Source of the DNA: Intoshia linei
Taxonomy: Eukaryota > Animalia > Orthonectida
DNA length: 39,982 nt
NCBI GenBank assembly: GCA_001642005.1
Contig: LWCA01000208.1
Coordinates: 1-39,982 of the forward strand
Direction of reading: 5' to 3'
Shown: positions 25,601 through 36,672 of the stretch, piece by piece
How positions within the stretch are numbered: position 1 is the first letter of the stretch
Layout of the letters: the number at the start of each line of letters is the position of its first letter
Translations under genes and position numbers: made by a program
Notes under the pieces: generated by a model
Told to the model about the DNA's origin: nothing
Database searches by the model: none
Seen by the model: only the letters and a program-made list of their open reading frames with translations

Positions 25601-28144
25601 GAAATTTTTTGTGTGTGTTAACAGGATACAAATGTACCACCCTTTAATTTTTTAAATTCTAGGACTGTTTTCATTAAAAAAAGAAGGGTAATTTGAGGTT
25701 TTGGCCCTGAAGATATATTTTTTTTAATTTAAATTGATAATAATGTTTATGATTTTAAAATCCGTATCAGCGTATATAATTTTTTTAAATTTTTAACTGG
25801 TTTGATTTTCAAAAAAAGGACAATTGGGGTTTTTGACATGTAAGATGTGAGTTTGGGAAGTTGAAATTTATTTTGCGAACACCCCCGGAAAACTGTAATT
25901 GAAATGTGGACTTCATAAAATTTTAAGACGGGTAGTTATTTAAATAAAGTGGAACACACACAGAAACAAAAATCGCGTAGCATATTATATAAATAAGGAT
26001 GTTTAAAAAAAATTAATCGTATATTTATCCTATTTGTTGTAAATTATCAGTATATCGATTGGAAACTTAAAAAATTATAAATATCTAATTACAGTTTCAT
26101 TTTCTCATTTACATTTAATATTTATTATTGTAAAATTTGTTTGTATTAAATTTGAAATCAAATATCACTAAATTAATTTACTTTAATTAAAATGAAAAGT
26201 CGGTAAAATATTCTAATATAGTTTTTCGAGGGTGATGCTTTATCGTTTAATTTAATTATCAGAAATTGAATCCTTCAAGGTAAAAAATCCCAATTATCCT
26301 CGATGACTCATTTCTGGATGTAGTTACCTTCAGTAGGCATTCAAATTTTTTTTATATTTTATTTTTCATGAGTGTGGTTGCTAAATCTGGTTCCTACTAA
26401 ACAATAGTTATTCTTCATACAAGGTTATAAATTTTTTTTTATATCAAAGTTTTCTTGTATGACTTGTAAGAATACACTGCATACATTTCAGTTTTACATA
26501 TTCTATGCAATATATATAAATATACGTATTACGCACATACAATGTATTTTAATCTATATTATCTTAGATTGCTAACTGTGATCAAAATATACAATTGAAC
26601 CGATCGTCCATTTTGCCTTATGATTTCAATTTGGTTGGTACAATGGAATCATACATAAGTGCATCCTATATTATCGTAATTTTTGATTTCAAATATTTAT
26701 TCCCAACCTTTAAATCACACATTCTCAACAGTATTCATGTTGGCCTCTTTAAATTTTTTTATTTGTCATAGATCTGCAAAGTAGAACCAATTTAAATGTA
26801 TAAGTATGTAATATGTACAAAGAATTTATTGTTAAGGCAATTATATTTTGATGGCCACTTCAATTAAAAAACGCTGTAACATTAAATATTAATTAAGTCT
26901 CAATTCACGTTTATTTTCTAGTAATCAATTAATACTGAATTATGAAAATTTGATAATTTAAAAAACGAAAAAATAATTATGCAATATTTACAAAATGTAA
27001 TGTATATATTTGTGGGACCCTGGTTTACTGATAAATTGTTGAAAATTTCATATTTAAATTTTTAAACGAATCTAAAATTAAATTAATTTATTATAATTAA
27101 TTAAACAATTATATATAATTAAAATATAAAAATACCTTGTGCATAATGTCCTTGTATAAAATTTGATAAATAAAAAAAATGTTATTGTTATCTAGTATAT
27201 TACCTGTTTTATTTTTTGTTTTGGCGGTTAAATATTAATAAATAATACATAACATTAAATAATTGTATCTTTTGCATAGCAATTATATATAATTTTGGCG
27301 CTATTACATTTTACCAGTCAACAGGTAACATTTCGTGATATTAATATTTTAATTTTTTTTGTTTTTAATGATCGTAAAATTGATATATATTTATGGTATT
27401 GCATTTAACAATAGCCAATTAATTTACAAAATGTTAATGAATTAAAACTGTAATATTAATATAGGAGCATATAAAAAACTCATTGCATTACATCTGTACA
27501 CAACATCCAATGCAAAATTCTTTTAATCATTTTTGGCGTCTGGTGTTGACGAATAATGTGGACGTAATACTAATGTTAAATGAATTTGGTCCCAACTACA
27601 AAATGTATTTTCCATTAGCAATCAACGCTACTGTTGTATATGGAAACATTTCAATAACCCTTTTATCTGAAAACAAATTATTAACCCAAACCAATAGAAG
27701 TTTTGTTTTAAAATGCAACTTGACAAACAAGCAACACATTGTTTGGCACATACATTATCATCACTGGGACGAAATGGATATTCCTGCTAGCACCAATCAT
27801 TTCATAAATTTTCTCGATTCAATTGATGATTTACGGTTATCCATAGCCAAGGATAAAAATGTAGATTCATATGAAAATATACCAGTGGTAATTCATTGTG
27901 ATTATGGTGCGTCTCGATCAGGACTTTACCTTTTGGTCGACCTAGCTAAACGATCATATGAAAGTGGATTGGTAACTTTCATCTTTTTTACTTTATCATT
28001 TAATTATTTTAGAATAGAGGTCTGGTAGACATTTTGTATAGTTTACGCCGACAGCGAATGCACATATTGTCATATCCTGAACAATTTGTATTTTCAAAAC
28101 GTGTATTAAGTACTCTTAAAAGAGCCAGTCGTGCTGTAGTTTAA
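22604..28144 (+). CDS. Pez: FERM-domain protein tyrosine phosphatase, Pez/PTPN14/PTPN21 family (about 950 aa, 5 exons)
   Basis: Exons 22604-24619, 24665-24754, 26568-26675, 27465-27971 and 28013-28144. The N-terminal LRTKKYN resembles PTPN14 RRTRRYN. The FERM domain has YFGLQY and LKGYGCTYF, and the linker has SKSTPDL. PTP motifs are ILPYD, YISAS, YICTQHP..NSFNHFW, VIHCDYGASRSG and LRRQRM. The C-terminal SRAVV resembles SRLI. Confidence 0.88.
24975..25999 (-). mobile_element. Helitron-like element in a Pez intron
   Basis: The reverse complement starts A|TCCTTATTTATATAATATGC and is colinear with the 19854 and 12571 copies. Confidence 0.75.
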
Positions 28145-28479
28145 ATTTGTAATTTTGTACATTTAGAAATATATTTTATGAAATTTTAGTTATAAAAAAA
28201 TTAAAATTTAACCTATATAATTTATATATTTATTTTTGTGAATTTTATTTGGATTGTTACAAAATTGATCTCTCTCTAGAAATTGGAGAGTAAAATAGTT
28301 TTTTAATACTCATGGTGTATAATTGGATACAAATTATTATTAGTGTACGACTTTGATGCAACGTTTTACATTAATTCTGTCGTTCAATTTTACATTTAAT
28401 CATTATTATACAAACATTATTTTATCATAAGTTATACTCAGCATTCTGTTTTTGAGAATACAATAACTTCCTAACCCAA

Positions 28480-28945
28480 ACCATATAATAAAAAATCCAA
28501 TTTTACCAACACTTAATGAAAAAACCCCATTTTTACAATTTTTTGGAAAAATCTTATGAGCAACAACTTCCTAATACCAACCCTTAATATAAAAATCCTC
28601 TTTTTCCAATATTTTTTTTGAAAAACACAATAAAAACTCCAATTTTACCAACGCTTAAGAGAAAAATTCCCTTTTTCCAATATTTTTTTGACAACCACGA
28701 TTTTACCAACACTTAAGGGAAATATCCTCTTTTTTTAAAAAATCCGATTTTACTAAATCTTATGAGCAACAACTTTCTAATACAAACTACAATTTTACCA
28801 ACCCTTAATGGAAAAATCCCCTTTTTCCATTATTTTTTGACAATATTTATGGGAAATATCCTCATTTTCCAATATTTTTTAGAAAAACACGAATTTACCA
28901 ACGCTTAAGGAAAATATCCTCTTTTTTCAATATATTTTTAAAAAA
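28480..28945 (+). repeat. Degenerate minisatellite
   Basis: Recurrent unit ATTTTACCAAC(A/G/C)CTTAA(T/G)GAAAAA.TCC.CTTTTTCCAATATTTTTT with variable spacing. Related arrays occur at 17560-17755, 22140-22245 and 35490-35720. Confidence 0.85.
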
Positions 28946-29297
28946 TGTTGAGAAAAAAATTTCTACTATTTTATTTTAAAGAATCAATTTTTTATAATCT
29001 GAAATGTTACCGATTCCACGGAATCTTAGTCACTAGTTAACAAAATTATGACAGGATACTGGTCCTGAATCAGGACTCCTGATTTATGGATTATAATTAA
29101 ATAAAAAAATTAGCGTGAATAGGAAATAAGAAAAACATTGCGGGCACAAGTGGATAAGAATTTAAGAAAGTTAGCCCATTTAAGACTATAATTCAAATAC
29201 TTAGTAATCAACCGGTCTAATAAATGTAGAGTTATATTCTCACACAAAAAAGTAAAAAATACAAAATGTTTAATTAAAATTTGAACAATCCCACATT

Positions 29298-32200
29298 TCA
29301 CTTATCTGGTATGTAAGATAAAACTATATCAAAGATTTTCTTTTTATATTGATAAAAGTAGCACATTGGTGTATTTAAAAGTTTGCAATCATCTTTTTTG
29401 TTAAACAGTAAATACTGGAAATGGCTATTACACATAATACCATTATTTGTACAATTCCCCATATACTGAATTTTTAAAAGAAAATCGCGTCCCAATTCAT
29501 TGCAATATGTTTGAACTTGATTGAAATTGTATTTAAAGAAATTCAATATGGTAAAAACGTGAATAAACAATTGATATTTTTGAAAAGTATCATCCTTTAA
29601 AGTAGAAACTTGAAAATACTCTAGAAAAAGATTTAAACTCTTATAAACATGTTTTATTGAAAATGTTGGGTTCTTTACATTACGAGATTCAATCCACAAT
29701 AAATACAGCCATAAACAACAAATACATAAAATAACATTATCTACAGAGGGACAAGATTTGTACATATTAAAAGAGTATTTAATGAGAAATGCATTATCAT
29801 TATCAATGGAAATCAATTTTTTCTGTAAAAAGTATATTTGAATAGGTAAAAATTGTAATAATCCAAAAGATTGATATTTTAAATATTGTTTAACACAATA
29901 CGTTTCAAAGTTTGGAATAAACGAGCTTTGGAGAATTTTAATATTTAGTTCAGGAGCTAAAATGTTCAAAAAGTGTACATATACAAGATAAATTGAATAA
30001 ACACCTGAAATATTTTCAATAAAGAATGAACTTTTATAAAAATTAGATAATATAAAATAAGCTGATTTATACGAACTATTAAAAATTAAATGAGAAAGTA
30101 ATTGATCCATTTGCGCGAGAATTCCATTGAAAGAATAAAAATTTGATATAGAATGAGTAATTAAATTTACAGTCAAATTTACAAATTGTTTTGAATCTAA
30201 TGATAAATGTTGAGTTAGATATAAACATTTAAAAAAGTTTTTGTCATCAACATTCCCCAATATATCTTGATCCAATGTATTTTCCGTATCAACTTTACAA
30301 TCTAGTAAAACATTCAAACAATAAATGATGTATTGATTCGAAAAATTCAAATTATCATTTTGACCTTGAGCCAACCTTAAATATTCAATACCAGACTTGT
30401 AGCATTTAACATGACACGAAATGAGACCAAGTTGATGATAAGTTTCCTTGGAAAACCGAACCAAATGCTCAACTTGTTTAACTCGATCAATGGCAAAATG
30501 TATCTTTTCATTAAAGGTTTCACCACATTGAAAATGAACCAAAGTATCTATCCACGGAAAAATAGATTTAAACCTTTGTACATGTTTAAAAACGCTCAAA
30601 ATATCATTTTGAGGACAGATAACATTATAAACTTTTTGTATATACAAAACTAAAAAACTTTCAACATTAATAACTTTTAAAATAATATACAAAATATTCA
30701 ATATACTGCAAGAATTAACAATTGTAGAGATTTTGACAAGATTAAACCAATAATAAACTTGATCCAATTCCAAAGTCAAAGCATTCCTAACTAATTTAAA
30801 GGTTTTATTCAATTCTCCCTTTCTAAGACTAAAATTGGAGACACTATAATAAATTAAACTTTTATCAACATTAGGTAATTGGAGCATTTTGGAAAAGGAA
30901 TGTAGAGATAAATTCACATTACCAAATTTTAAATTTCCAGAAATAATGGCTAAATTGTACCAAAAATCAACATTATCTAAATCTCTCTTGATAGCATAAA
31001 TGGCCAATTTTAAACACGTTTGATAAATAAATTTCAAAGGCTCGCCATTGTTGACGTCAAATTTTATTTTTAAATCAATTAAATTATTATTTTCAATACA
31101 AATTTTTTCAACTTGTAACATTTCAAATTCATGACCATTATAATCATCATGACCTTCCATGAAACAATTTAACCACAAATATAAACTTTTAGAAACATTA
31201 TAAAATGATATCGCTTCTTGATTATCCTTTAAAATTGTCATGTGTAACTTAAAAATTGAAACACTGCTAAAAGTTTTAAATAAAACCATTTTTTTTAAAT
31301 TTGGGTTTTTATTTAAATTTTCAAGGTTCAATGATTTAAAATTTTCAAGTAAATTAGTCTTGTCCAAAAATTGATAAAATTCAACAAATAATTTTGAAAT
31401 GTAAACCAAATTAATTGGAAAGTTTTTATTTTCATTTTCATTGGTATTATTTATAATACTGTCAATTTTTTCAATTAAATTTAAACACGTGTCAACTTTT
31501 TGATAATAATCAATATATAAAAACGACAAGGCAGATTGTTTGACAAGAGCAAAAGATAAATTAAATTTACCTATCAGAGCACCAATGTTGTTTTTTTGAA
31601 TAGATAAAATTGAATTGAAAATTTTTTCAGATTCTTGAAATTCACCCAACTGAAAAGAAACTTGAGCTATCCGTAAATCTAAAAAAATTGGCACATTTTG
31701 CAATTTTTGAGCTTGTATAAAGTACTCTTTAGATTTATCGTAAATTTTTTTCATTTCATAGTAATCTGCTAATGCTATCGTAATTTCTAAATCATTTTTA
31801 AAAACTTCACTAGCTTTCAACAAAATCAACAATGCGTCTTTATCATTAGATCCCAATTTTAAGTTTTCGGTTCGTAATAGTGCCAATTTTCTTAAAGCCC
31901 AATGGTTATCATTTTTTAATTTTTCCAGGGTACTGTCAAGTTTATCCATTAATTTTTCAGTTTCCAATACTTTAATAAAAGTTTTATAATATTTTTCAAC
32001 TTTATATCCAAAATTGAAACATTTTTCTAATTCCATTATTGTTTGATTAATTTTTTTGGGTTGTTTCATGTAATAGCAGCCCATAATGTAATAAATACGA
32101 GCATGATTTTTGTCAATTTTTATAACGTTTTTGTACATTCTCTTAATCTTACTGGGAATGTTTAGTTTGATGTAGATACAACACAATCTCAAGTAAACGC

Positions 32201-34271
32201 GGGAATTTAAATCGTGACCAAATCTGATGGATTTTGAAAAAATTTCAATAATATTTTTCATTTTATTCAAAAAATCATTATCCTGTTGGTCTAATAATTT
32301 AAACATTGCCCAACCTTTTTGTGATAATAATACACTATTAGTAGAGCCATTTAAGTAAGCATCGCACATGGTGATAACATTTAAATAATCTCGATTTAAA
32401 ATAGCAATTTCGGATTGGACAATCAACTTAAATAGTTGATCATTTACTTGCTTTGAAATCTCAGAATCCAATAAATCGTTTAATTGGCCCACGGTATTAA
32501 TTTCATAAACCAAAATGCATTTCAACTTTAAAGAGAGATACATAATTTTCCATTGCCCCGTCAATGTTACTGTAGACAATTTATTCAACAATTCCATTGC
32601 TTGGGTACAACGACCCAATTTATAAAAAGAATAAGCAGTCAAATAATAAGTCGGTGGAAAAATTATATTGCTTTCTAAATCATTTGAACAAAGATTAATA
32701 ATTTTATAATAGTCATCAGCATCATTTTTCACATTTAAATACAATCTAAAAGCATCAAACAATGACAAATCCTTTAATTTATACAACGATAATTCACCAC
32801 AAATATTTTTCAGATCAGATGTAATATACTTGAGATGAGTTTGATAAATAATTGATTTGTAAAGTAAATGAGTAATAAACCCCAGTCGATTTGACATTAT
32901 GTTATAAATTTCATGTACAACAAGATACAATTTATCAAAATTAGAATAATACAGAGATACATAATTCTTTAAAAAGTCAACATTCGGTTGATTACCGCAA
33001 ACTAGTTTTAGACCAGCAATTGAATTAAACACGTGATCGGCTAATTTACAAAATTCGTCAAAATTTTCCATTTTTTCAATATTTTTTCGTTTACAACGCC
33101 CCATAAATAACATACACATTTTACCTGCATTCGCATCACTCGTTTTATCATTCAAAGCAAAATCTACAATTTTAGTCAAAATACTCAAAGACATATCCGT
33201 TTTAGCATAAAACATGCAATCGAAACCAACTTTTAAATATTCATCAGATTTATCAATCAAAGTAGGTAATAAAGCCTCCGCAGAAGAGCTCATTAAATTT
33301 TGATACATATTAGACTTCTTGTTCATACTAAAATACCGCACACATTTATCAAAAATAATGTAATTATAATTGGAATGATCTTTTTTAGTTCGTATGAATA
33401 ATTCCAAGAAGGAATCAACATCATCAACCTTTTCATAAAAGTCTAAAGCCATGTTAATTGTCGCGGTATGATTTCCATTGATTTTCAACAATTCTCGACA
33501 ACCCTGTCTAACTACACCATACACTCCATTATTTCTCATTTTTTGAACAAAATTAAATAATGGAAGAAAACTATTATTCTCAACTAAATTTTGAAATTTT
33601 TTCATGTTATAATCTTCAATATTGTGCGCATTAGCATTAGCATTACGGGTCGAAATTTTTTGAGAAATTCGCGGGGTTTGTGGTACAATTTGTGGTGCAT
33701 TGCTATTAAATGAAAGTCTATTGAGTCGTTCAAGTACAGGTCGACTTATTGAATCGGATTGATTTCTTGGATTGTCATTCTTATTGCCATTTTTTCTATT
33801 TAGCATGTTTTTATCTATTTCTCTGATTTTAGGTCTGTTTTTTTGCGTCAATTGGGATTTTTGATTTGTCTGAGATTGATGTGTACTTGTATTTCTAATA
33901 GGTACATTTTGATTTTTTTGTGGCAGATGCTGAAATCTTTGAGGTGGATTTTTCTGGAGCTGGTTTCTTTGTGTCGGTTGTTGGTTCCTTGAATAATTGT
34001 TTTGAGGGTACTCATTTTTTGGCGCTGTAGACCTATTTTTTGGCTTTGGTAAAAACGGATTGCAATTTTGTTTGTCTGGTTTAGATTTTTTGATCGGTTC
34101 TACAGTTTGAAGGGAACTTGTATTTGCGTTTATATTGTTAGATTCATTATCAATTTTACTTTTTTTTGTGTCGTTTTTTTGTATCGGTTTGTGTTTTGAT
34201 TTTGGATTGGATTTAGATTTAGACTTTGATTTAAATTCATTAAAATCTTTTTTAGTTGAATTGTCACTCAT
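29298..34271 (-). CDS. TTC37: SKI3/TTC37 (SKI complex TPR subunit)-like protein, 1657 aa, single exon
   Basis: Long helical TPR-like ORF. Segments HWALRKLAL..., IAQVSFQLGEFQESEKIFNSILSIQKNNIGALIG and FWYNLAIISGNLKFGNVNLSLHSFSK...ALTLELDQVYYW line up, from memory, with TTC37 KWAWLRRG, VAAIQQILGKYKEA..YVPALKG and YWNALGVV...GNYALAQHCFIK..AQSLDPSYLMCW. The size is also similar. Confidence 0.75.
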   Translation of the reverse strand: MSDNSTKKDFNEFKSKSKSKSNPKSKHKPIQKNDTKKSKIDNESNNINANTSSLQTVEPIKKSKPDKQNCNPFLPKPKNRSTAPKNEYPQNNYSRNQQPTQRNQLQKNPPQRFQHLPQKNQNVPIRNTSTHQSQTNQKSQLTQKNRPKIREIDKNMLNRKNGNKNDNPRNQSDSISRPVLERLNRLSFNSNAPQIVPQTPRISQKISTRNANANAHNIEDYNMKKFQNLVENNSFLPLFNFVQKMRNNGVYGVVRQGCRELLKINGNHTATINMALDFYEKVDDVDSFLELFIRTKKDHSNYNYIIFDKCVRYFSMNKKSNMYQNLMSSSAEALLPTLIDKSDEYLKVGFDCMFYAKTDMSLSILTKIVDFALNDKTSDANAGKMCMLFMGRCKRKNIEKMENFDEFCKLADHVFNSIAGLKLVCGNQPNVDFLKNYVSLYYSNFDKLYLVVHEIYNIMSNRLGFITHLLYKSIIYQTHLKYITSDLKNICGELSLYKLKDLSLFDAFRLYLNVKNDADDYYKIINLCSNDLESNIIFPPTYYLTAYSFYKLGRCTQAMELLNKLSTVTLTGQWKIMYLSLKLKCILVYEINTVGQLNDLLDSEISKQVNDQLFKLIVQSEIAILNRDYLNVITMCDAYLNGSTNSVLLSQKGWAMFKLLDQQDNDFLNKMKNIIEIFSKSIRFGHDLNSRVYLRLCCIYIKLNIPSKIKRMYKNVIKIDKNHARIYYIMGCYYMKQPKKINQTIMELEKCFNFGYKVEKYYKTFIKVLETEKLMDKLDSTLEKLKNDNHWALRKLALLRTENLKLGSNDKDALLILLKASEVFKNDLEITIALADYYEMKKIYDKSKEYFIQAQKLQNVPIFLDLRIAQVSFQLGEFQESEKIFNSILSIQKNNIGALIGKFNLSFALVKQSALSFLYIDYYQKVDTCLNLIEKIDSIINNTNENENKNFPINLVYISKLFVEFYQFLDKTNLLENFKSLNLENLNKNPNLKKMVLFKTFSSVSIFKLHMTILKDNQEAISFYNVSKSLYLWLNCFMEGHDDYNGHEFEMLQVEKICIENNNLIDLKIKFDVNNGEPLKFIYQTCLKLAIYAIKRDLDNVDFWYNLAIISGNLKFGNVNLSLHSFSKMLQLPNVDKSLIYYSVSNFSLRKGELNKTFKLVRNALTLELDQVYYWFNLVKISTIVNSCSILNILYIILKVINVESFLVLYIQKVYNVICPQNDILSVFKHVQRFKSIFPWIDTLVHFQCGETFNEKIHFAIDRVKQVEHLVRFSKETYHQLGLISCHVKCYKSGIEYLRLAQGQNDNLNFSNQYIIYCLNVLLDCKVDTENTLDQDILGNVDDKNFFKCLYLTQHLSLDSKQFVNLTVNLITHSISNFYSFNGILAQMDQLLSHLIFNSSYKSAYFILSNFYKSSFFIENISGVYSIYLVYVHFLNILAPELNIKILQSSFIPNFETYCVKQYLKYQSFGLLQFLPIQIYFLQKKLISIDNDNAFLIKYSFNMYKSCPSVDNVILCICCLWLYLLWIESRNVKNPTFSIKHVYKSLNLFLEYFQVSTLKDDTFQKYQLFIHVFTILNFFKYNFNQVQTYCNELGRDFLLKIQYMGNCTNNGIMCNSHFQYLLFNKKDDCKLLNTPMCYFYQYKKKIFDIVLSYIPDK

Positions 34272-35489
34272 CGTATAATTGTATCCAATTTAAATATTTA
34301 TAATTTCAATTACACCTTTATATGTTTTTCGTAACTTTCAAATGTTTTGTATCTGTGGTATTTAACGTATTTTTTATAAATTTTCATTTTAAAATTTAAT
34401 TGCCTTTTATTTTTTCTGGAATTTTTAATGCAATTTATGACAATTTTTAGGATTGTACTATTTTTAAGATTTAAACTAGTTTTTAAAAATATCACTTGTT
34501 ATAACAAAATTTGACACTTATCAAATATGTGGTTGTTTATTTAAGAAAGTAAGGGAAATCCAATTTTCCATATTCTTATAACAGTTTTTACAGAGTGATG
34601 TTTTATCGATAATTTCAATTTTAGAAGTTGAGTCCTTCAAGGTTAAATCTCCCAATTGTCAATTGTTTTTAAATTCCCCTAAAATCCACAAATTTAGTTA
34701 AGTAATAAATTAAATAATTAAATAATATAATAAAATAATATAACATAAAATTAAATAAATTTAGTTTAAAATTTTCACATAAAAATATTTCCCTAATTTT
34801 TATGCTTTAACAAAAACAAAAACATTGAAAAATTATCAATCGAAAGTATGATACCGTTATTTAAAAAAATAAATACTAGAATTTAAAAATAATCAAATTT
34901 ATATAAAGCTTTTCCAGATTGATGCAGAATCACAAATTTTATTCTCAGAAATTAAAATCTGCAGCGTCAAAAACCCCAATTTTGAAAAATTAAAATAGTT
35001 AATTCCGAAAATTTAAAAAAAAAGTATAGCTAATACCATATTTTCCACTTTACTTAGTAATATACAGAAAAATTTTCAATATGAAAAGATGTACTAACAG
35101 TAGGTAGCTTTGAAGAAAAAGAACTTTTCTAATTTTACCTCCAAAAAATTAAATTAAAGTTAAATTTTAAATAATATATTATAAAGGATATTAAATTATA
35201 AATAAATAAACTCCAAACAAAGAAATTTTTTTCGTGATAATATCAGAAAATATTTACTATTGTACCATAATAAATATTAATTTAAATCAATGGTTCTCAA
35301 CTTTTTATATATCGCGATTCGCGACATCTTATGAAAAACAAAAATTTTAGCGATCCTCCCTTTATTACGAACAAACTAAAAAATTTTTATATCTAAAATA
35401 TTAACTAAATTACATACAATTAAATAATTCATTAAAATATAGTTTTTATTCGTCATTCAGCTTAAGATAATTTGTTAATAATTATTTTT

Positions 35490-35720
35490 GAAAATATTCT
35501 TAAACCCAACCATTTTTACTCAAATCCAACCATTTTTACTTAAATCCAACCATTTTTACTAAAAATTAAATTTTAACAACCCTAAAAGGAAAAATTCGGT
35601 TTTAAAAACCTTTAGTGAAATTCCAATTTTACCAACCTTTAAGGAAAAAATCCCAATTTTACAAACCCTAAAAAAAAAATTCGATTTTAAAAACCCTTTA
35701 GTGAAATTCCAGTTTTACCT
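35490..35720 (+). repeat. Minisatellite of the same family, including a 20-nt unit x3
   Basis: (T/C)AAA(C/T)CCAACCATTTTTACT x3 at 35501-35560, followed by AATTTTA..AACCCT.A units. Confidence 0.8.
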
Positions 35721-35989
35721 GTTTACTGTTACCAATTTAACTGAATTAATTTAGTTAACGATTGAACTTAAATACAAACAAAATTTTCTAATAAATAAAA
35801 TTAAATGCCTAAACGAAAGTACACAATAGGCCCTATCGACGTTCAAATTTCTGTTATTTATGCAATAATGTTTATAGACGTTTTCAAATGACCGAAATTT
35901 GAACGTCAATAAAAATCGAGTTAAAATCAAATTTTAAAAATTGAAATGTATGGTTAAATTTGTATTTCAGTGGTCTGCTTATAATCGAG

Positions 35990-36150
35990 AAAAGACAGTA
36001 GAATTTAAAAAAAAATACAGGTGGTACAGTTGTATCCTGCTAACACACACAAAAAATTTTAATCTGATTAAATGACGCCTTCACGGTGAAAAAAGCAGTA
36101 TAAAATTATTTTTTTTTATTTCGAAACTATTTTATTAAAACAAAAATTTT
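35990..36150 (+). mobile_element. Helitron-like internal fragment
   Basis: Contains the core TACAGGTGGTACAGTTGTATCCTG...GACGCCTTCACGG. Confidence 0.7.
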
Positions 36151-36549
36151 AATTCAAATGCATATTACAAATGTGAAACATTTAAATGGTTTGGTAAAAA
36201 TAGATTTTTCCCTTAAAAATAGGTAAAATTTTCTTTTGAGGTTGAAGTTGTTTTTTCTTATAATATTAAATTAATACCTGAAATAATACATTCATTTTAT
36301 GGACCTCTTTGGGGATCACTAGTTTAGAGCAAAGTGTCCAAACTATTTAGTTAAATTACAAAAATAAATCACTTTAAAATTCCTTTTTCATTTCTTTGTG
36401 CGTCCTATTTATCAAATTTTATCTATGTCCAAGAGATAAAATATCCTAACTTGTATAAAAATCTTTGTTTGTCTGTTTGTTGTTATCGTATTTTCGCAAA
36501 AAAGTGAAAAAATTCATACCCCTAATATACACCGCATAATTTTAAAAAA

Positions 36550-36672
36550 CTTTATTCTTTTATTTTCATGCATTTTCACATAGGTAATTTAAAAATAATA
36601 CAAGTTTAAATTAAAACATAAATTGTAGACGTGTGGTGATGCATCATAAAATAGTATTAGACAGTGAAAGGG
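36550..36672 (-). mobile_element. Partial piggyBac-type MITE
   Basis: Reverse complement of 1389-1510, ending GACAGTGAAAGGG|TTAA. It is preceded by a Helitron-like 5' end at 36444-36495. Confidence 0.8.

Noticed and set aside
28480-28945. CRISPR-like repeat/spacer appearance
   Set aside because: Units are degenerate, the intervening sequences are themselves repeated, there are no cas genes, and the context is eukaryotic.
29053-29081. Small nested inverted repeat CAGGA...GTCCTGAATCAGGAC.TCCTG downstream of SKI3
   Set aside because: It is too short to assign a function.
6629-30653. Antisense or alternative-frame ORFs (6629, 8990, 9455, 10216, 10430, 16090, 23467, 30411)
   Set aside because: They are shadows of real coding exons with no recognisable domains.
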